Of a stretch of 64,000 bases of DNA, positions 10,303 through 21,778 are shown one piece after another (the first letter of the stretch is position 1; every line of letters starts with the position of its first letter). The translations under genes were made by a program, and so were the position numbers. The notes beneath the pieces were generated by a model. The model did not search any database, was not told the DNA's origin, and saw only the letters and a list, made by a program, of their open reading frames with translations. The stretch comes from Candidatus Latescibacterota bacterium (lineage in GTDB: Bacteria > Latescibacterota > UBA2968 > UBA8231). The stretch covers positions 1,792,001 through 1,856,000 of the forward strand of contig OZ220089.1 in assembly GCA_964291625.2 (NCBI GenBank). The letters run 5' to 3'.

Positions 10303-10405
10303 TCAGGTCAGCTCGATGCGGAGCTTCTTGCCCATAGCCCTCGCAGCGCGGTCCATTGCCTGCAGCGTTACGGAGGGATTGGGACGCGTCAAGCAGACGG
10401 TCCAG
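10303..10405 (-). pseudogene. 3' remnant of an XRE-type antitoxin/regulator
   Basis: With one frameshift reads LDRLLD..NPSVTLQAMDRAARAMGKKLRIELT*, the typical C-terminus of XRE antitoxins. Confidence 0.5.
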
Positions 10406-10461
10406 GGATTATGCGGCGGATGGTGGTCAGGGAGTGCCCTCATGAGTTGCGATCTGGGGGA

Positions 10462-10644
10462 TCAGGAGACTCCCGGCTCTTCGCTGACCGGCCGTCTCTT
10501 GGAGTGGGCCCAGTCCACAACTCTGTGGGCATACTCACGCTCCCTTTCGCGGATCATGGCGCCAAGGCGGTCCACGTCATAGTCGTGTTCGCGAGCTATG
10601 TCCTCCTTGACCCTCCACAAGGCAGCTATGACTTCATCCTTCAT
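10462..10644 (-). CDS. Small hypothetical protein (MKDEVIAALWRVKEDIAREHDYD...), TA-associated type
   Basis: ATG at 10644 preceded by AGGAG; short helical protein. Confidence 0.5.
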   Translation of the reverse strand: MKDEVIAALWRVKEDIAREHDYDVDRLGAMIREREREYAHRVVDWAHSKRRPVSEEPGVS

Positions 10645-10678
10645 CAGGGCAAGTCTCCTATCGATTTCGGGGGATCGC

Positions 10679-12043
<1,365 letters not shown>

Positions 12044-12047
<4 letters not shown>

Positions 12048-12820
12048 CGCTCCCTCCCGTCGAAGGGGAGGCGGACGTGCACGGTGGTGCCGGCGCCAGG
12101 ACGGCTGTCGATGTCGATCTGCCCCTCGTGGCGGGAGACGATCCCGTAGCACACCGCCAGGCCGAGGCCGGTGCCCTCCTCGCGGGTGGTGAAGAAGGGG
12201 TCGAAGACGAGGTCCAAATCCTCGGCGGGGATGCCGGGGCCCGTGTCGGCGACGCTGACGCGGAGGGTGTGATCGGAGCGGACCATCCCGAGGGAGAGCC
12301 GGCCGCCCTCGGGCATGGCCTGCAGCGCGTTCATGCACAGGTTGAGGAAGACCTGCTTCAACTGGTCCGGGTCGCCCCGCGTGCGTCCCTCCTCCTCCGG
12401 CAGCACGAACTCGACCCCCTGGGACCGGGCGGCGCTGTCGAGCAGGCGTCCGACCTGTTGCAGCAGGGCCGGCACGTCGACCTCCTCGAGGTGGGGCGGC
12501 GCCGGCCGCGCGAAGGAGAGGAGACCCGCGATGATGCCGTTGATGCGGTCCACCTCGCCCAGCAGCTCGTCGACGAGGACCGCCTTCTCCGAGCCCTCCC
12601 CGAAGTCGGGGCGGAGGTACTGGATCGTGCTGCGGATGCTGGTCAGGGGGTTGCGGATCTCGTGGGCCGCCCCCGCGGCCAGCTCCCCCAGGGTGGCCAG
12701 CCGCTCGGCCCGGTAGAGACCGCGCACCCGCTGGCGTCCCTGGCGCAGGAGCAGGGCATTGTGCAACGCCAGGCCGAAGAGGGGCAGGAGGTCACGGAGA
12801 TGGTGCTCGCGCTCGGAAGC
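12044..12820 (-). pseudogene. 5'-truncated sensor histidine kinase, copy 1
   Basis: HisKA (AHEIRNPL) and HATPase match copy 2; homology stops at about 12820, so the GAF-like input region is missing. Confidence 0.75.
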
Positions 12821-12899
12821 AGACTGGAACAAACCGGCCAGTTCTACATCGCAGCTCCACAAACCGCAGCCACTCTTTCCTCCCATGTCCCGAGAACAA

Positions 12900-13113
12900 C
12901 TGACCACCAGGCCTCGTCGCCCGATACACCTGCACAGCCAATCCTCAGCAGAACTCACTGCGGAGCACCTAGCGGTCTTGGCCTTGCAGGGTCGAACCCG
13001 GGAGCCATCCCGCTCCCCTTATGGACATAGATCGAGTTCTCCCCATGCTCGCCATGTTGCAGAACACACTCGAAGCCGTAGGATTGCACCTCCGCTACGA
13101 GCCTCTTCCCATC
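12900..13113 (-). pseudogene. 3' fragment of the SAM methyltransferase plus downstream DNA (diverged copy of about 9140-9350)
   Basis: Direct nucleotide similarity (ccgatacacctgcacagccaatcctca; atggacatagatcgagtt; cacctccgctacgagcctcttcccatc). Confidence 0.8.
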
Positions 13114-13148
13114 CCATCAAGCGCTCCCTGGACCATGGCCTATCCCCG

Positions 13149-14207
13149 TCAGAGATGTCCTGCCGACACAGACGACGGCTCGCACAAGGATCTCTCCTCG
13201 GAGTCCGCCCCAGCGCCGATGCCCGGACAGCTTTCCAGGAGAGCCAAGGCCCCTTCCTCCAGGGTCGCGATCTCCAGAAGGCGGTCGTGCAGTCGGTCCA
13301 GGATTGACTCCGTCGCTTTCACATGACCCTTCAGGCAGAGGTTTCTCAGGACGAGCCACTTCTGGGTAATCCTTCGCAGTTGGTCCCCCACATGCGTGAG
13401 TCGCGAATCTCCCACAACCTGAGCTGCTGCCTCGAGGTACTTCCCGTGCCGATCTCGCTCTATCACCACGTTTCGCATTTGATAGTACATCTCCTTGAGG
13501 CGAATCCGCGCCTGATCGGCTTCCAGTTCCTTCCAGCAGGCGAAGTCCCGGGCCAGTCGTCGCAGTCCCCCAAGGCCCAGGGATTCCTCGCCCGTGGATG
13601 TCTCCAATCGCATGGCCTCGAGATTTCTCCGGATGGCCCCTACCGCCTGCCCTCGCGTGAGCCTCCAGCGCGGCTCCGGGCAATGATAGTCCATCCAGGT
13701 ATATTGCGGGATACCCTCTGATCCCCAGACTTCCTTGATGGCCGAGAGGGGCAAGTCCCCCCGGAACTGCACAGGCCAGGCAGGGTCGACGACGTGCACC
13801 GTCCCTGCCGCCTCGTCATAGCCGGCGAGAATGATGTAATGCTCCGAGTGACGCCTCCGGTGGCCAGGGAAGTAATGGGTCCGGAGATGGTAAGTGTCGG
13901 CTGCAGCCACCACGGGATGGCCCTGAGCGATCCGCGCTCTGGCATGCGCCCAAGCGGCCTCTCCGTCTGGATCCTGGTGATTTGCTATTCGGATACTGCA
14001 TCTCCGCAGGCTCTCGATAAAAGGAACGAGACGGTCAATGAGGCGCATATCTCCATCTTCAGGTCGCACGTAGCCAAAGACCCATGCATCGTGCAACACG
14101 AGTGGGACGCAGTACCCATGAAACCTGAGAAGGGCCTCCATGGCACTGAGACCGCAAGGGTAGTACTCGCAGTTCCCAAAGGGCACATCCAGCACGATTC
14201 GATTCAT
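13149..14207 (-). CDS. BtrH-like protein (BtrH N-terminal papain-like fold + DUF4872-like C-terminus), putative ACP-dependent acyltransferase
   Basis: ATG overlaps the upstream stop; candidate Cys/His/Asp triad (YYPCGLSAME, HSEHYIILAGYD, VVDPAW); 'PVVAAADTYHL'; 'GLGGLRRLARD'; ends 'LLEIATLEE'. Confidence 0.75.
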   Translation of the reverse strand: MNRIVLDVPFGNCEYYPCGLSAMEALLRFHGYCVPLVLHDAWVFGYVRPEDGDMRLIDRLVPFIESLRRCSIRIANHQDPDGEAAWAHARARIAQGHPVVAAADTYHLRTHYFPGHRRRHSEHYIILAGYDEAAGTVHVVDPAWPVQFRGDLPLSAIKEVWGSEGIPQYTWMDYHCPEPRWRLTRGQAVGAIRRNLEAMRLETSTGEESLGLGGLRRLARDFACWKELEADQARIRLKEMYYQMRNVVIERDRHGKYLEAAAQVVGDSRLTHVGDQLRRITQKWLVLRNLCLKGHVKATESILDRLHDRLLEIATLEEGALALLESCPGIGAGADSEERSLCEPSSVSAGHL

Positions 14208-14809
14208 TGTTCCCCCTTGTGGCAACCGGGGCACTGCAAGGTCATTGCAAAGACGTGCATTCCAGGGTTGTCCGGAAGTTCTATCGCTGCCAGGCACTCC
14301 GTTGGGTCTATGGCTACCGTCTGGAGCCATATACCGTAGTCAACGCCGAGAAGATCGGTATGGACATCGTGCGTGAGGAAGTGATAACCTCGGCATTCAA
14401 TGGCAACGCGCTCTCCGTACTTCAAGTCGTGACGCAGGCGCCAAGAGCTGAATCCCAGAGGCGTCTCATGTTGCCTGCCACTGACATACACGAATCGGAT
14501 GACATCTTCCAGGCTGTTCTCCTCCGCAGCGCCCAGCAGGAAGAGGTTGGCGAACGTGGCTTGCGATACGGAGATGCGTTGTCCTTCCATCGAAATGTTG
14601 TTGTTCAGGCCGTCTCCCTTGTCGGGGAAGCGAAAGGGCACGCCATGGCACACCACCAGAGCATTGGAGGGCGGCAAGTCCTCCGCTGGATAGGTAACTC
14701 CCTGTCCGGCGAAATCGCCATCCCCACGATTGTGGTCGAATGAAATCCCGTCGTTGTTGAAATAGGGAGTCAGGTCGAGAATCTGACAGGCAATCCAGGG
14801 ATTCGTCAT
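14204..14809 (-). CDS. Hypothetical beta-sandwich protein (resembles galactose-binding-like accessory domains of glycosidases)
   Basis: LDLTPYFNNDGIS...GVPFRFP...NNISMEGQRI...LFLLGAA...IELPDNPGMHVFAMTL; coupled to ACP and BtrH. Confidence 0.6.
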   Translation of the reverse strand: MTNPWIACQILDLTPYFNNDGISFDHNRGDGDFAGQGVTYPAEDLPPSNALVVCHGVPFRFPDKGDGLNNNISMEGQRISVSQATFANLFLLGAAEENSLEDVIRFVYVSGRQHETPLGFSSWRLRHDLKYGERVAIECRGYHFLTHDVHTDLLGVDYGIWLQTVAIDPTECLAAIELPDNPGMHVFAMTLQCPGCHKGEQ

Positions 14810-15117
14810 GGTGATATCGCGCGGTGTGCCGGCAATTTGCTTTCGACGTACTTGCTCAGAGCTTTCACTGAATCGAAGAGCCCTGCCTGCAACTCGTCGT
14901 CCTCTACCTCCAGTCCGAATTCCTCCTCCATGGCGAAGACGATCTCCAAGGTAGCGATCGAGTCCAATCCGAATCCGCCACCGAAGATCGCCTCGTCATC
15001 GGGGATCTCTTCGGGTTTGACCTGAAGTTTGAGCGCCTCAACGATGAGTCTCTTCACCCGCAGGGTTATGTCCGCGTGATTCGCTAAGGGTTTGACCTCG
15101 TCTTGGTCGTGTGACAT
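14806..15117 (-). CDS. Acyl carrier protein
   Basis: GLDSIATLEIVFAMEEEFG with the phosphopantetheine Ser in LDS; acidic; ATG at 15117 after AGGAG. Confidence 0.9.
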   Translation of the reverse strand: MSHDQDEVKPLANHADITLRVKRLIVEALKLQVKPEEIPDDEAIFGGGFGLDSIATLEIVFAMEEEFGLEVEDDELQAGLFDSVKALSKYVESKLPAHRAISP

Positions 15118-15204
15118 TCCTCGTTCTCCTGGCAAGCAAGCGATCTTCCACTTCGCACTCAATCTATCACGAATCGTCCAGGGTTCCAATGGCGCCGGCT
15201 GGCG

Positions 15205-18200
15205 TCATGCCGCCCGCAATCCCGGCGCATCCCTTCTCATCAGAAGAAGCGGCACCACCAGCACCAACAGCACAGAGGAAGAGATCAGGCCGCCCGAGGT
15301 CCCGAGGGCCAGGGTGTACCAGAAGTCGGAGCGGTTCCCCTGCAACAGGAGAGGCACGAATCCCACTACCGTGGTGAAGGTGGTGATGAAGATCGGCCGC
15401 AGGCGCTGGAAGGCGGCCCGGATGACGGCCTCCTTGGGGGAAGAAGGCTGTCCCTTGAGGGCGCTGGAAACATGGTGCACGAGCAGGATGGAGTTGTTCA
15501 CGGAAATGCCCATCAGCAGCAACAGCGAGGCGTAGCCGCCCTGGTTGAAGGGGGCGTGTGAAAGGTAGAACCCGGCGCCCACGCCGACGAGGGTCAGGGG
15601 CAGGGCGATGAGCACCAGCAGCGGCTTTGTCCAGGATTCGAACAGGGCCGCGGTGACCATCCAGACCAGCAGGACCGAGAGCAGCAGGATCAGGGCCAGC
15701 TCTCTTTCCTCCCCTTTACTGAATCCCGTCCAGGTCCAGCCTCCCGACAGGCTGTACCCGTACGGCACGGGGGTGTGGTCGAGCAGGTCCTGGACCACTC
15801 TCCTGCTGTACGTCCAGTCCCCGAGGATGGTGAAGCCGACTCTCTTGAGGTAGCGCTGGTTTTCGCGTTGTATCGCCGGCGGCGCCATCTGCTTGCGCAC
15901 CTCGCCCACGTCACCCAGCCGGGCGGCGTGTCCATTCAGGAGAACCTGGTTCAGGGCGCGCAAGTCGGTTTGATCGCCGGCCGTATCGACGACCTCGGCC
16001 GGGTACTGGCGCCGGTCGACGTAGAGGTCTCCGACTTGGGCGCCCCGGTCGAGCCGGGTCTGTATCTCGTCTATGACCTCGGCGTGGTCAATTCCCAGCG
16101 TCGCGGTCCTGGCATGATCGATCCGGGCCAGCATCTCGTAGCTAAGCGAGCCGTGGGCGTAATCCAGGCGGATGTCCTTGATCCTTCGTGAGCGGCGTTC
16201 CCGCAAGCGCTCGGCAACCGCCTCGGAAATCTCACCCACCTTACTGAGATTGTACCCCTTGATCTTTAGCGACCGGGTCACGGAGCGGCTCAGGCTTCGG
16301 CCCGCGGGGTCGAGGTCCTTGCCGTACACCCAGTAGGAGACGCCGCCGAGATTGGCTCCATACGCCACCAGTTGGTCGTAGAGCACGTAGGGCAACTCGG
16401 TCTTTCGGTACTCCTCCTTCAGCAACACCTGGATAAGGCCGCTGCCGCCCCAGGTCTGGGTGATGATTCCCTTGACGTAGGGAGCGAAGGGGTACAACTG
16501 CTTTTCGAAGCCTTGTAAAAGGCCGTCCATCCTGCTTATGTGGGAGTTGCCCGGCATCCTGAGGAACACGCTGAGTGAGAATCCCTCGACCGTCTCCCTC
16601 AGGCGTCCCCTGTAATGACTCCTGTCCAATCGCGAGCTGACGTCGTGGTACAGGTAATAGCTCGCCCCTCCGAACAATCTGAAGAGCACAGGTCTGGCGC
16701 TGCCGATGGCGCCCCACACTCCGTTGTAGAGTTGTGTCCCGCGATCGGCGAGCCGTTCGCGGAGCGAGCCCCAACCCTGCTGCTCGTCGAGATGTGTTAC
16801 ATGACGATCGAGCATGCCGGCGTCGAGAGAGTCCCTTGCCGCCAACCACTTGCGGTACTCCTGGCGCGTTTCCACCTCTCCGGGCGCCTGTCTTTCGACC
16901 CGCCGCGGGCCCTTGCCGATCTCGGGCGGCAGCAGCCAGATCGGAAGCCCCACCATCCACGCCACCAGCCCCAGTACCCATGCCCTGCGCCGCCGACAGC
17001 GGTCGAGGATGCTTCGGTAGCCGCGGTACAGGCGGCCCTCGCCGAAGGGCCGGGGACGGACGAGCGCGGTGCGGCAGAAGAAGACGGGGATCAGGGTGAG
17101 GGAGATGACCAGGGCGAGGGCGAGGGTCAGGCCCAGGGAGAGGGCGAAGGACTTGAAAAACCGCTGCAGCTCTTCGGAGAGAAACAGCACCGGCAGGAAG
17201 GCGCCGAGGGTGGTCAGGTTGGAGACGACGATGGGGTGCGTCACCTCGCGCAGCCCCGCGGCCACGGCCTCCTTGAGATCCCCCTTGCGGACGCAGTCCC
17301 CGGCGCGGCGATGGACGTAGTCGTAGACGACGATGGCGTTGTCGACGATCAGCCCGAAGCCGAGAGTGAGCCCGGCCAGTGTGACGAGGTTGAGGTGCAT
17401 GCCGAACAAGAAGAACAGGCTCATCGCCCCGGTTACGGACAGCACCACCGAGGACAGGATCAGTAGCACGGCCTCCCAGCGCTTGAAGACCGCCAGCAGC
17501 ACCAGTGAAATCAGCAGGATGGAGAAGACGGACCGCCGCAACAGAAAGCGGAGATCGGCCGCTACCTCGGCGCCCTCGTCGTTGAGCACCACGATCTCTG
17601 TTCCAGCGGGCAACCGCGCCGACAGCGCGACGAGTTCTTCCCGCACCCGCCGGGAGGTGGCGGTCATGTCGCTGCCGGCCGCATGGTCGACCTGCACGGC
17701 AACGGCGTTGCGGCCGTTGATCCGATTGAGGACCCGTGGGTCGCCGGGGTGGTAGCGGACGGTGGCGACGTCCCCCAAAGAGAGGACGCGGCCTTCCTCC
17801 AGCCGCTGCAGCGGAATCCGCCGCAGCGCGTCGAGATCCTCGATGCCCCCGGGAACCTCGATGCCGGTGCGGATGCCGTGGCCTTCCGCGGCCCCGAGGG
17901 AACGGGTCTGCATGCCGTGCGTCGCCAGCGCCCCCCTGACCGCGGCGAGGCCGATGCCGAAGCGCCGGGCACGGGCCCGATCCATTTCGATACGGACGCT
18001 CTCCTCCCCGCCGCCGTGCACTGTGACTTCCCGGACACCGGGCAGGGCCTGCAGGGGCAACCGCACCTCCTCCTCCACCAGCTTGCGCAGGTCGCTCGGG
18101 GACACGCCGCCAAGGACATCGAACCGGATAAACCCCCGGATCTCCTGGAGCAGGTCGGGTTCCGAGCGCCGCACCCGCGGCCAGGAGACCCCCTCCGGCC

Positions 18201-18561
18201 GCTCGCGGAAGAAGGAGTATATCCGCTCCCTGAGCTCCAGCTCGGCCAGTTGCAGGTTGGCGTCGCGGGCGAAGTCCGCGGTGACGAAGGCGCTCCCGTG
18301 CGAGGTGGTGGACCTCAACTCCTCGACGGCGCCCACCCCTTGCATGAGGGCTTCGAGGGGGGCGGTGATTCTCGCTTCGATCGCCGTCGCCGGGGCGTCC
18401 TGCCAGTATACGCTCACCGTGAGCCGAGGGGCCTGCACTTCCTCGGAGACGTCGATTGGTATGAGAGGGAAGCTCAGGAGACCCAGGGCGCAGAACGCCG
18501 CTCCGGCCACGCCGACGGCCACGGGCCGGTCGAGCAGGGCGCGAGCGGTTCCTGCACCCAT
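15205..18561 (-). CDS. RND efflux transporter permease subunit 2
   Basis: AcrB-like architecture, GLIVDNAIVV, RLRPIFITTFTT. Confidence 0.9.
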   Translation of the reverse strand: MGAGTARALLDRPVAVGVAGAAFCALGLLSFPLIPIDVSEEVQAPRLTVSVYWQDAPATAIEARITAPLEALMQGVGAVEELRSTTSHGSAFVTADFARDANLQLAELELRERIYSFFRERPEGVSWPRVRRSEPDLLQEIRGFIRFDVLGGVSPSDLRKLVEEEVRLPLQALPGVREVTVHGGGEESVRIEMDRARARRFGIGLAAVRGALATHGMQTRSLGAAEGHGIRTGIEVPGGIEDLDALRRIPLQRLEEGRVLSLGDVATVRYHPGDPRVLNRINGRNAVAVQVDHAAGSDMTATSRRVREELVALSARLPAGTEIVVLNDEGAEVAADLRFLLRRSVFSILLISLVLLAVFKRWEAVLLILSSVVLSVTGAMSLFFLFGMHLNLVTLAGLTLGFGLIVDNAIVVYDYVHRRAGDCVRKGDLKEAVAAGLREVTHPIVVSNLTTLGAFLPVLFLSEELQRFFKSFALSLGLTLALALVISLTLIPVFFCRTALVRPRPFGEGRLYRGYRSILDRCRRRRAWVLGLVAWMVGLPIWLLPPEIGKGPRRVERQAPGEVETRQEYRKWLAARDSLDAGMLDRHVTHLDEQQGWGSLRERLADRGTQLYNGVWGAIGSARPVLFRLFGGASYYLYHDVSSRLDRSHYRGRLRETVEGFSLSVFLRMPGNSHISRMDGLLQGFEKQLYPFAPYVKGIITQTWGGSGLIQVLLKEEYRKTELPYVLYDQLVAYGANLGGVSYWVYGKDLDPAGRSLSRSVTRSLKIKGYNLSKVGEISEAVAERLRERRSRRIKDIRLDYAHGSLSYEMLARIDHARTATLGIDHAEVIDEIQTRLDRGAQVGDLYVDRRQYPAEVVDTAGDQTDLRALNQVLLNGHAARLGDVGEVRKQMAPPAIQRENQRYLKRVGFTILGDWTYSRRVVQDLLDHTPVPYGYSLSGGWTWTGFSKGEERELALILLLSVLLVWMVTAALFESWTKPLLVLIALPLTLVGVGAGFYLSHAPFNQGGYASLLLLMGISVNNSILLVHHVSSALKGQPSSPKEAVIRAAFQRLRPIFITTFTTVVGFVPLLLQGNRSDFWYTLALGTSGGLISSSVLLVLVVPLLLMRRDAPGLRAA

Positions 18562-18565
18562 ACTT

Positions 18566-21500
18566 TCAGCCCCTCGTCTTGACCACCACCGAGTAGAGCA
18601 GGGGAACGACGACGAGGGTCAGCAGGCTGGCCAGGGTGATGCCGCCGACCACGGCCCAGGCCAAGGGGTGCCGCAGCTCGGCCCCACTGCCGCTGGACAG
18701 GGCCATGGGCAGCAGGCCGCAGACCGTGGTCATGGTGGTCATGCAGATAGGGCGAAAGCGCATGCGGCCGGCTTCGGCAATGGCCGCCCGAAGATCGCCT
18801 CCGACGCGGAAATGCGAGTGGATGAAGTCGACCTTGACGATGGAGTCGTTGACGACGATCCCTACCAGTACGATGCATCCGAGCAGGGACATGACGTTGA
18901 GGCTGTGGCCGGTCAGCCACAGGGTCAACACCACCCCGGCCACCGCCAGCGGAACCGCGGCGACGATGACAAAGGGGACGACGAGGGACTCGAACTGGGC
19001 GGCGAGAATGAAGTAGACGAGAGTCACGGATATGGCGAGAACTACGTACAGGCTGCGGTACTGCTCCTGCCGCTCCGCCTCCTGCGACCCGGTGTCGATC
19101 CAGTAGCCGCCTGGAACTTCCAGGCGATCTAGCAGCGGCGCGAGCCTCGCGTGGGCTTGCGCGAGGTCGATCCCTTCGAGGCCGGCCGTTATGGTGACGG
19201 TGAGCGCGTGGTCTTCGCGGTGGATCTCTTCGTACCCCAAGCCGGGATCGAGCCGGATCAGTTCGGAGAGTGGCACCTCCACGGTCCTGCCTTCCCGACG
19301 GACGGGGTAATGCATGTTGAGCAGGTTCCAGGGGTCCATATCATCACGGCCCTCGGGGAGCAAGCGGATGTCGATGTGTTCGACGAAATCAAGGAATTGG
19401 GTCGGTGTACTTCCCTGCAACTGCCGCTCGATGAAATCGGTGAGGTCAGCAACGCGAATGCCGTAGGTGATGACGGCGTTACGGTCGACCACGAGGTTCA
19501 AGGCGCGCTTGCTGGGCCGCAGATTCGAGCTTGGGTTCACGAATCCTTTCGTCTGCTGCAGGTATTCGACGATCTGACCCCCGAGGTCCGCCAAGGTCTC
19601 CACTCCTGGACCGACGATTCTGAGGTCAAAGGAGGCGTCTCGCGTCTGGAACAAGTGTTCGAAGACAGTTTCCGGCTGTTCCACAACAAAGGTCATCCCG
19701 CTGAAATCGACGAAGACCCGCTCCAGGTCTGCCGCCACCTCCCGGCTACTCATGCCTTCCTCGATTTCGATGTCCATGACCGCCTTGTTCGGACCTGGTT
19801 GACGCTTCAAGTCGACTCTTCCGGTGATGCCGACCGAAGAGAGCACGGACCGCACCCCTTCCTCCTGGAGCAGGAGACGCTCAAGCCGGGTGACTTCCGC
19901 GGTCGTCGCCGCCAGGCTCGCCTCGGCGGGCAATTGTGCACGGACCACGAGGTGTTTCCTGTCTACGGACGGCATGACCTCCCGGTCGAGGTGCTCCGCC
20001 ATCCACACGCTCAACAGCAGCAGAAGCAGCACCGCGCCCAGCACCTTGCCTCGGTGGTCGAGAGCGCGGCTGAGAACTCGCTCGTACAAGGTGGAGATGC
20101 TGCTGAACATGCGCTGGAAAAGGTGGACAGACCAAGTGAACAGGCGCAGGGGGAGTCGCAGTAACAGAAACAGGGCGCGACCGAACAACCGGAAGCAGAA
20201 GCGCACGGGCCGCAGGAATACGGGCGCAGGCCCGCCTGTCCCTGCCTGCGGGCGGCTTGGAACAGAAGCCTCGTTTCCCTGACTCCGTGAGGAGAGCATC
20301 GGCAACAAGGTGATCGATACCAGCAGCGAGACGGCCAGAGACAGGGAGATGGTGACCGCCTGCTGGTAGAAGAGCGCCCCGGCGATTCCTTCGACGTACA
20401 CCATGGGCATGAAGACGGCCATGGTGGTCAGGGTCGAGGCGGTGATGGCCAAGCCCACCTCCGTGGTACCGGTAACGGCAGCTTCGCCAGGGGCAAGTCC
20501 CGTTTCGCGATGGCGGTATATGTTCTCGAACACGACGATAGAGTTGTCCACCAAGATGCCCATGGCCAAGGCCAGCCCGCCAAGGGATATGATGTTGAAG
20601 TGAATGTCGAGGAGATACATGAGGACGAAGGTGGTCACCATGGAGACCGGTATCGACAGACCGACGACGAGCGGATTCCTCAGATCCCGGAGGAAGTAGA
20701 CGAGGGTGAGGATGGCGAACACTGAGCCGAGATAGAGCGCCTGCAGGACGCTGTCTATCGACTCGCGGATGAACTCCGCCTGGTCGAAGACCGCCCGCAC
20801 GGCGAAATCGGGGTAGTCTCGGGAGAACCGGTAGAGGTCGCCGTACACCCTGCGCGAGGTCTTGACGGTGTTGGCTCCGGCCTCCTTGAACAGGTGCAGG
20901 GTGATGACCTCGTGGCCATTGAAACGGGTGTATCCACGGCGCTGCTGGTACCCCTCCTCGATGCGGGCGACCTCCTTGAGGCGGATCAGGCGGGGCTCAA
21001 GTCTCACGGGGATCTGCCGGATTTCGTCGAGGCTGGTGAACTCCGCCTGTATTCTCAGGGGAAACTCTGAATACCCGTCGCGAATGACGCCGCCGAGGCC
21101 TGCAACGTTGAACTGCTCCAGGCTCCTTTCCACCTCGGTGAAACCGACACCGTAGCGGCGGCTTTTCTCGACGTCGAGGAAGACGTTGATCTCGCGGTCG
21201 AGACCGCCGGCCACCTGCACCCAGGCCACACCGTCGAGTTGCTCGAGCCGGCGCTTGACGACCGCCTCGGCGACTCCTTTCAGCTCCGTCAGAGCCTCAT
21301 GGTAATCCCGGGTGGAGCGGGGGTTCTCGACCCTTTCCCCGGTGACGACCAGCGTCATCACAGGTGCCGCGGAAGGGTCGAAACGCAGGATGTTGGGATG
21401 GTCGGCGGCCCTCGGCAGACGTACTTGGTCGAGATAACCGCGCAATTGGATGAAGCCGAGGTCCATGTCGCTTCCCCAGCGGAAGCGGACGTCCACCAAG

Positions 21501-21766
21501 GAGAGGCCATCCCGCGAAACCGACTCGATGCGGCTCACACCGCTTACGGCGCTGATCGTGGCCTCGAGCGGACTGGTGACGTACTCATCCACATCGCGGA
21601 CGTTCATGCCCGGCACATCCGTGCGCACAAGGAGCCGGGGCACGTCAATCTCGGGCAGAAAGTCAACGCTCAGCCGGAAGAAGGAGTAGACCCCCATCAT
21701 GGCCGCGGCCAGGAAACAGACCGTGGTCGCCACCGGCCGATGCACTGCGAACCTCACGACACGCAT
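18566..21766 (-). CDS. RND efflux transporter permease subunit 1
   Basis: RPVAT, GILVDNSIVVFENI, AAQFES, RFRPICMTTMTT. Confidence 0.92.
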   Translation of the reverse strand: MRVVRFAVHRPVATTVCFLAAAMMGVYSFFRLSVDFLPEIDVPRLLVRTDVPGMNVRDVDEYVTSPLEATISAVSGVSRIESVSRDGLSLVDVRFRWGSDMDLGFIQLRGYLDQVRLPRAADHPNILRFDPSAAPVMTLVVTGERVENPRSTRDYHEALTELKGVAEAVVKRRLEQLDGVAWVQVAGGLDREINVFLDVEKSRRYGVGFTEVERSLEQFNVAGLGGVIRDGYSEFPLRIQAEFTSLDEIRQIPVRLEPRLIRLKEVARIEEGYQQRRGYTRFNGHEVITLHLFKEAGANTVKTSRRVYGDLYRFSRDYPDFAVRAVFDQAEFIRESIDSVLQALYLGSVFAILTLVYFLRDLRNPLVVGLSIPVSMVTTFVLMYLLDIHFNIISLGGLALAMGILVDNSIVVFENIYRHRETGLAPGEAAVTGTTEVGLAITASTLTTMAVFMPMVYVEGIAGALFYQQAVTISLSLAVSLLVSITLLPMLSSRSQGNEASVPSRPQAGTGGPAPVFLRPVRFCFRLFGRALFLLLRLPLRLFTWSVHLFQRMFSSISTLYERVLSRALDHRGKVLGAVLLLLLLSVWMAEHLDREVMPSVDRKHLVVRAQLPAEASLAATTAEVTRLERLLLQEEGVRSVLSSVGITGRVDLKRQPGPNKAVMDIEIEEGMSSREVAADLERVFVDFSGMTFVVEQPETVFEHLFQTRDASFDLRIVGPGVETLADLGGQIVEYLQQTKGFVNPSSNLRPSKRALNLVVDRNAVITYGIRVADLTDFIERQLQGSTPTQFLDFVEHIDIRLLPEGRDDMDPWNLLNMHYPVRREGRTVEVPLSELIRLDPGLGYEEIHREDHALTVTITAGLEGIDLAQAHARLAPLLDRLEVPGGYWIDTGSQEAERQEQYRSLYVVLAISVTLVYFILAAQFESLVVPFVIVAAVPLAVAGVVLTLWLTGHSLNVMSLLGCIVLVGIVVNDSIVKVDFIHSHFRVGGDLRAAIAEAGRMRFRPICMTTMTTVCGLLPMALSSGSGAELRHPLAWAVVGGITLASLLTLVVVPLLYSVVVKTRG

Positions 21767-21778
21767 GATGGCAGGGTC

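Noticed and set aside
15135-15150. Sigma54-like TGGAAGATCGCTTGCT upstream of the ACP
   Set aside because: Spacing is right, but the predicted TSS would fall downstream of the likely RBS and no IHF/UAS was seen, so support is weak.
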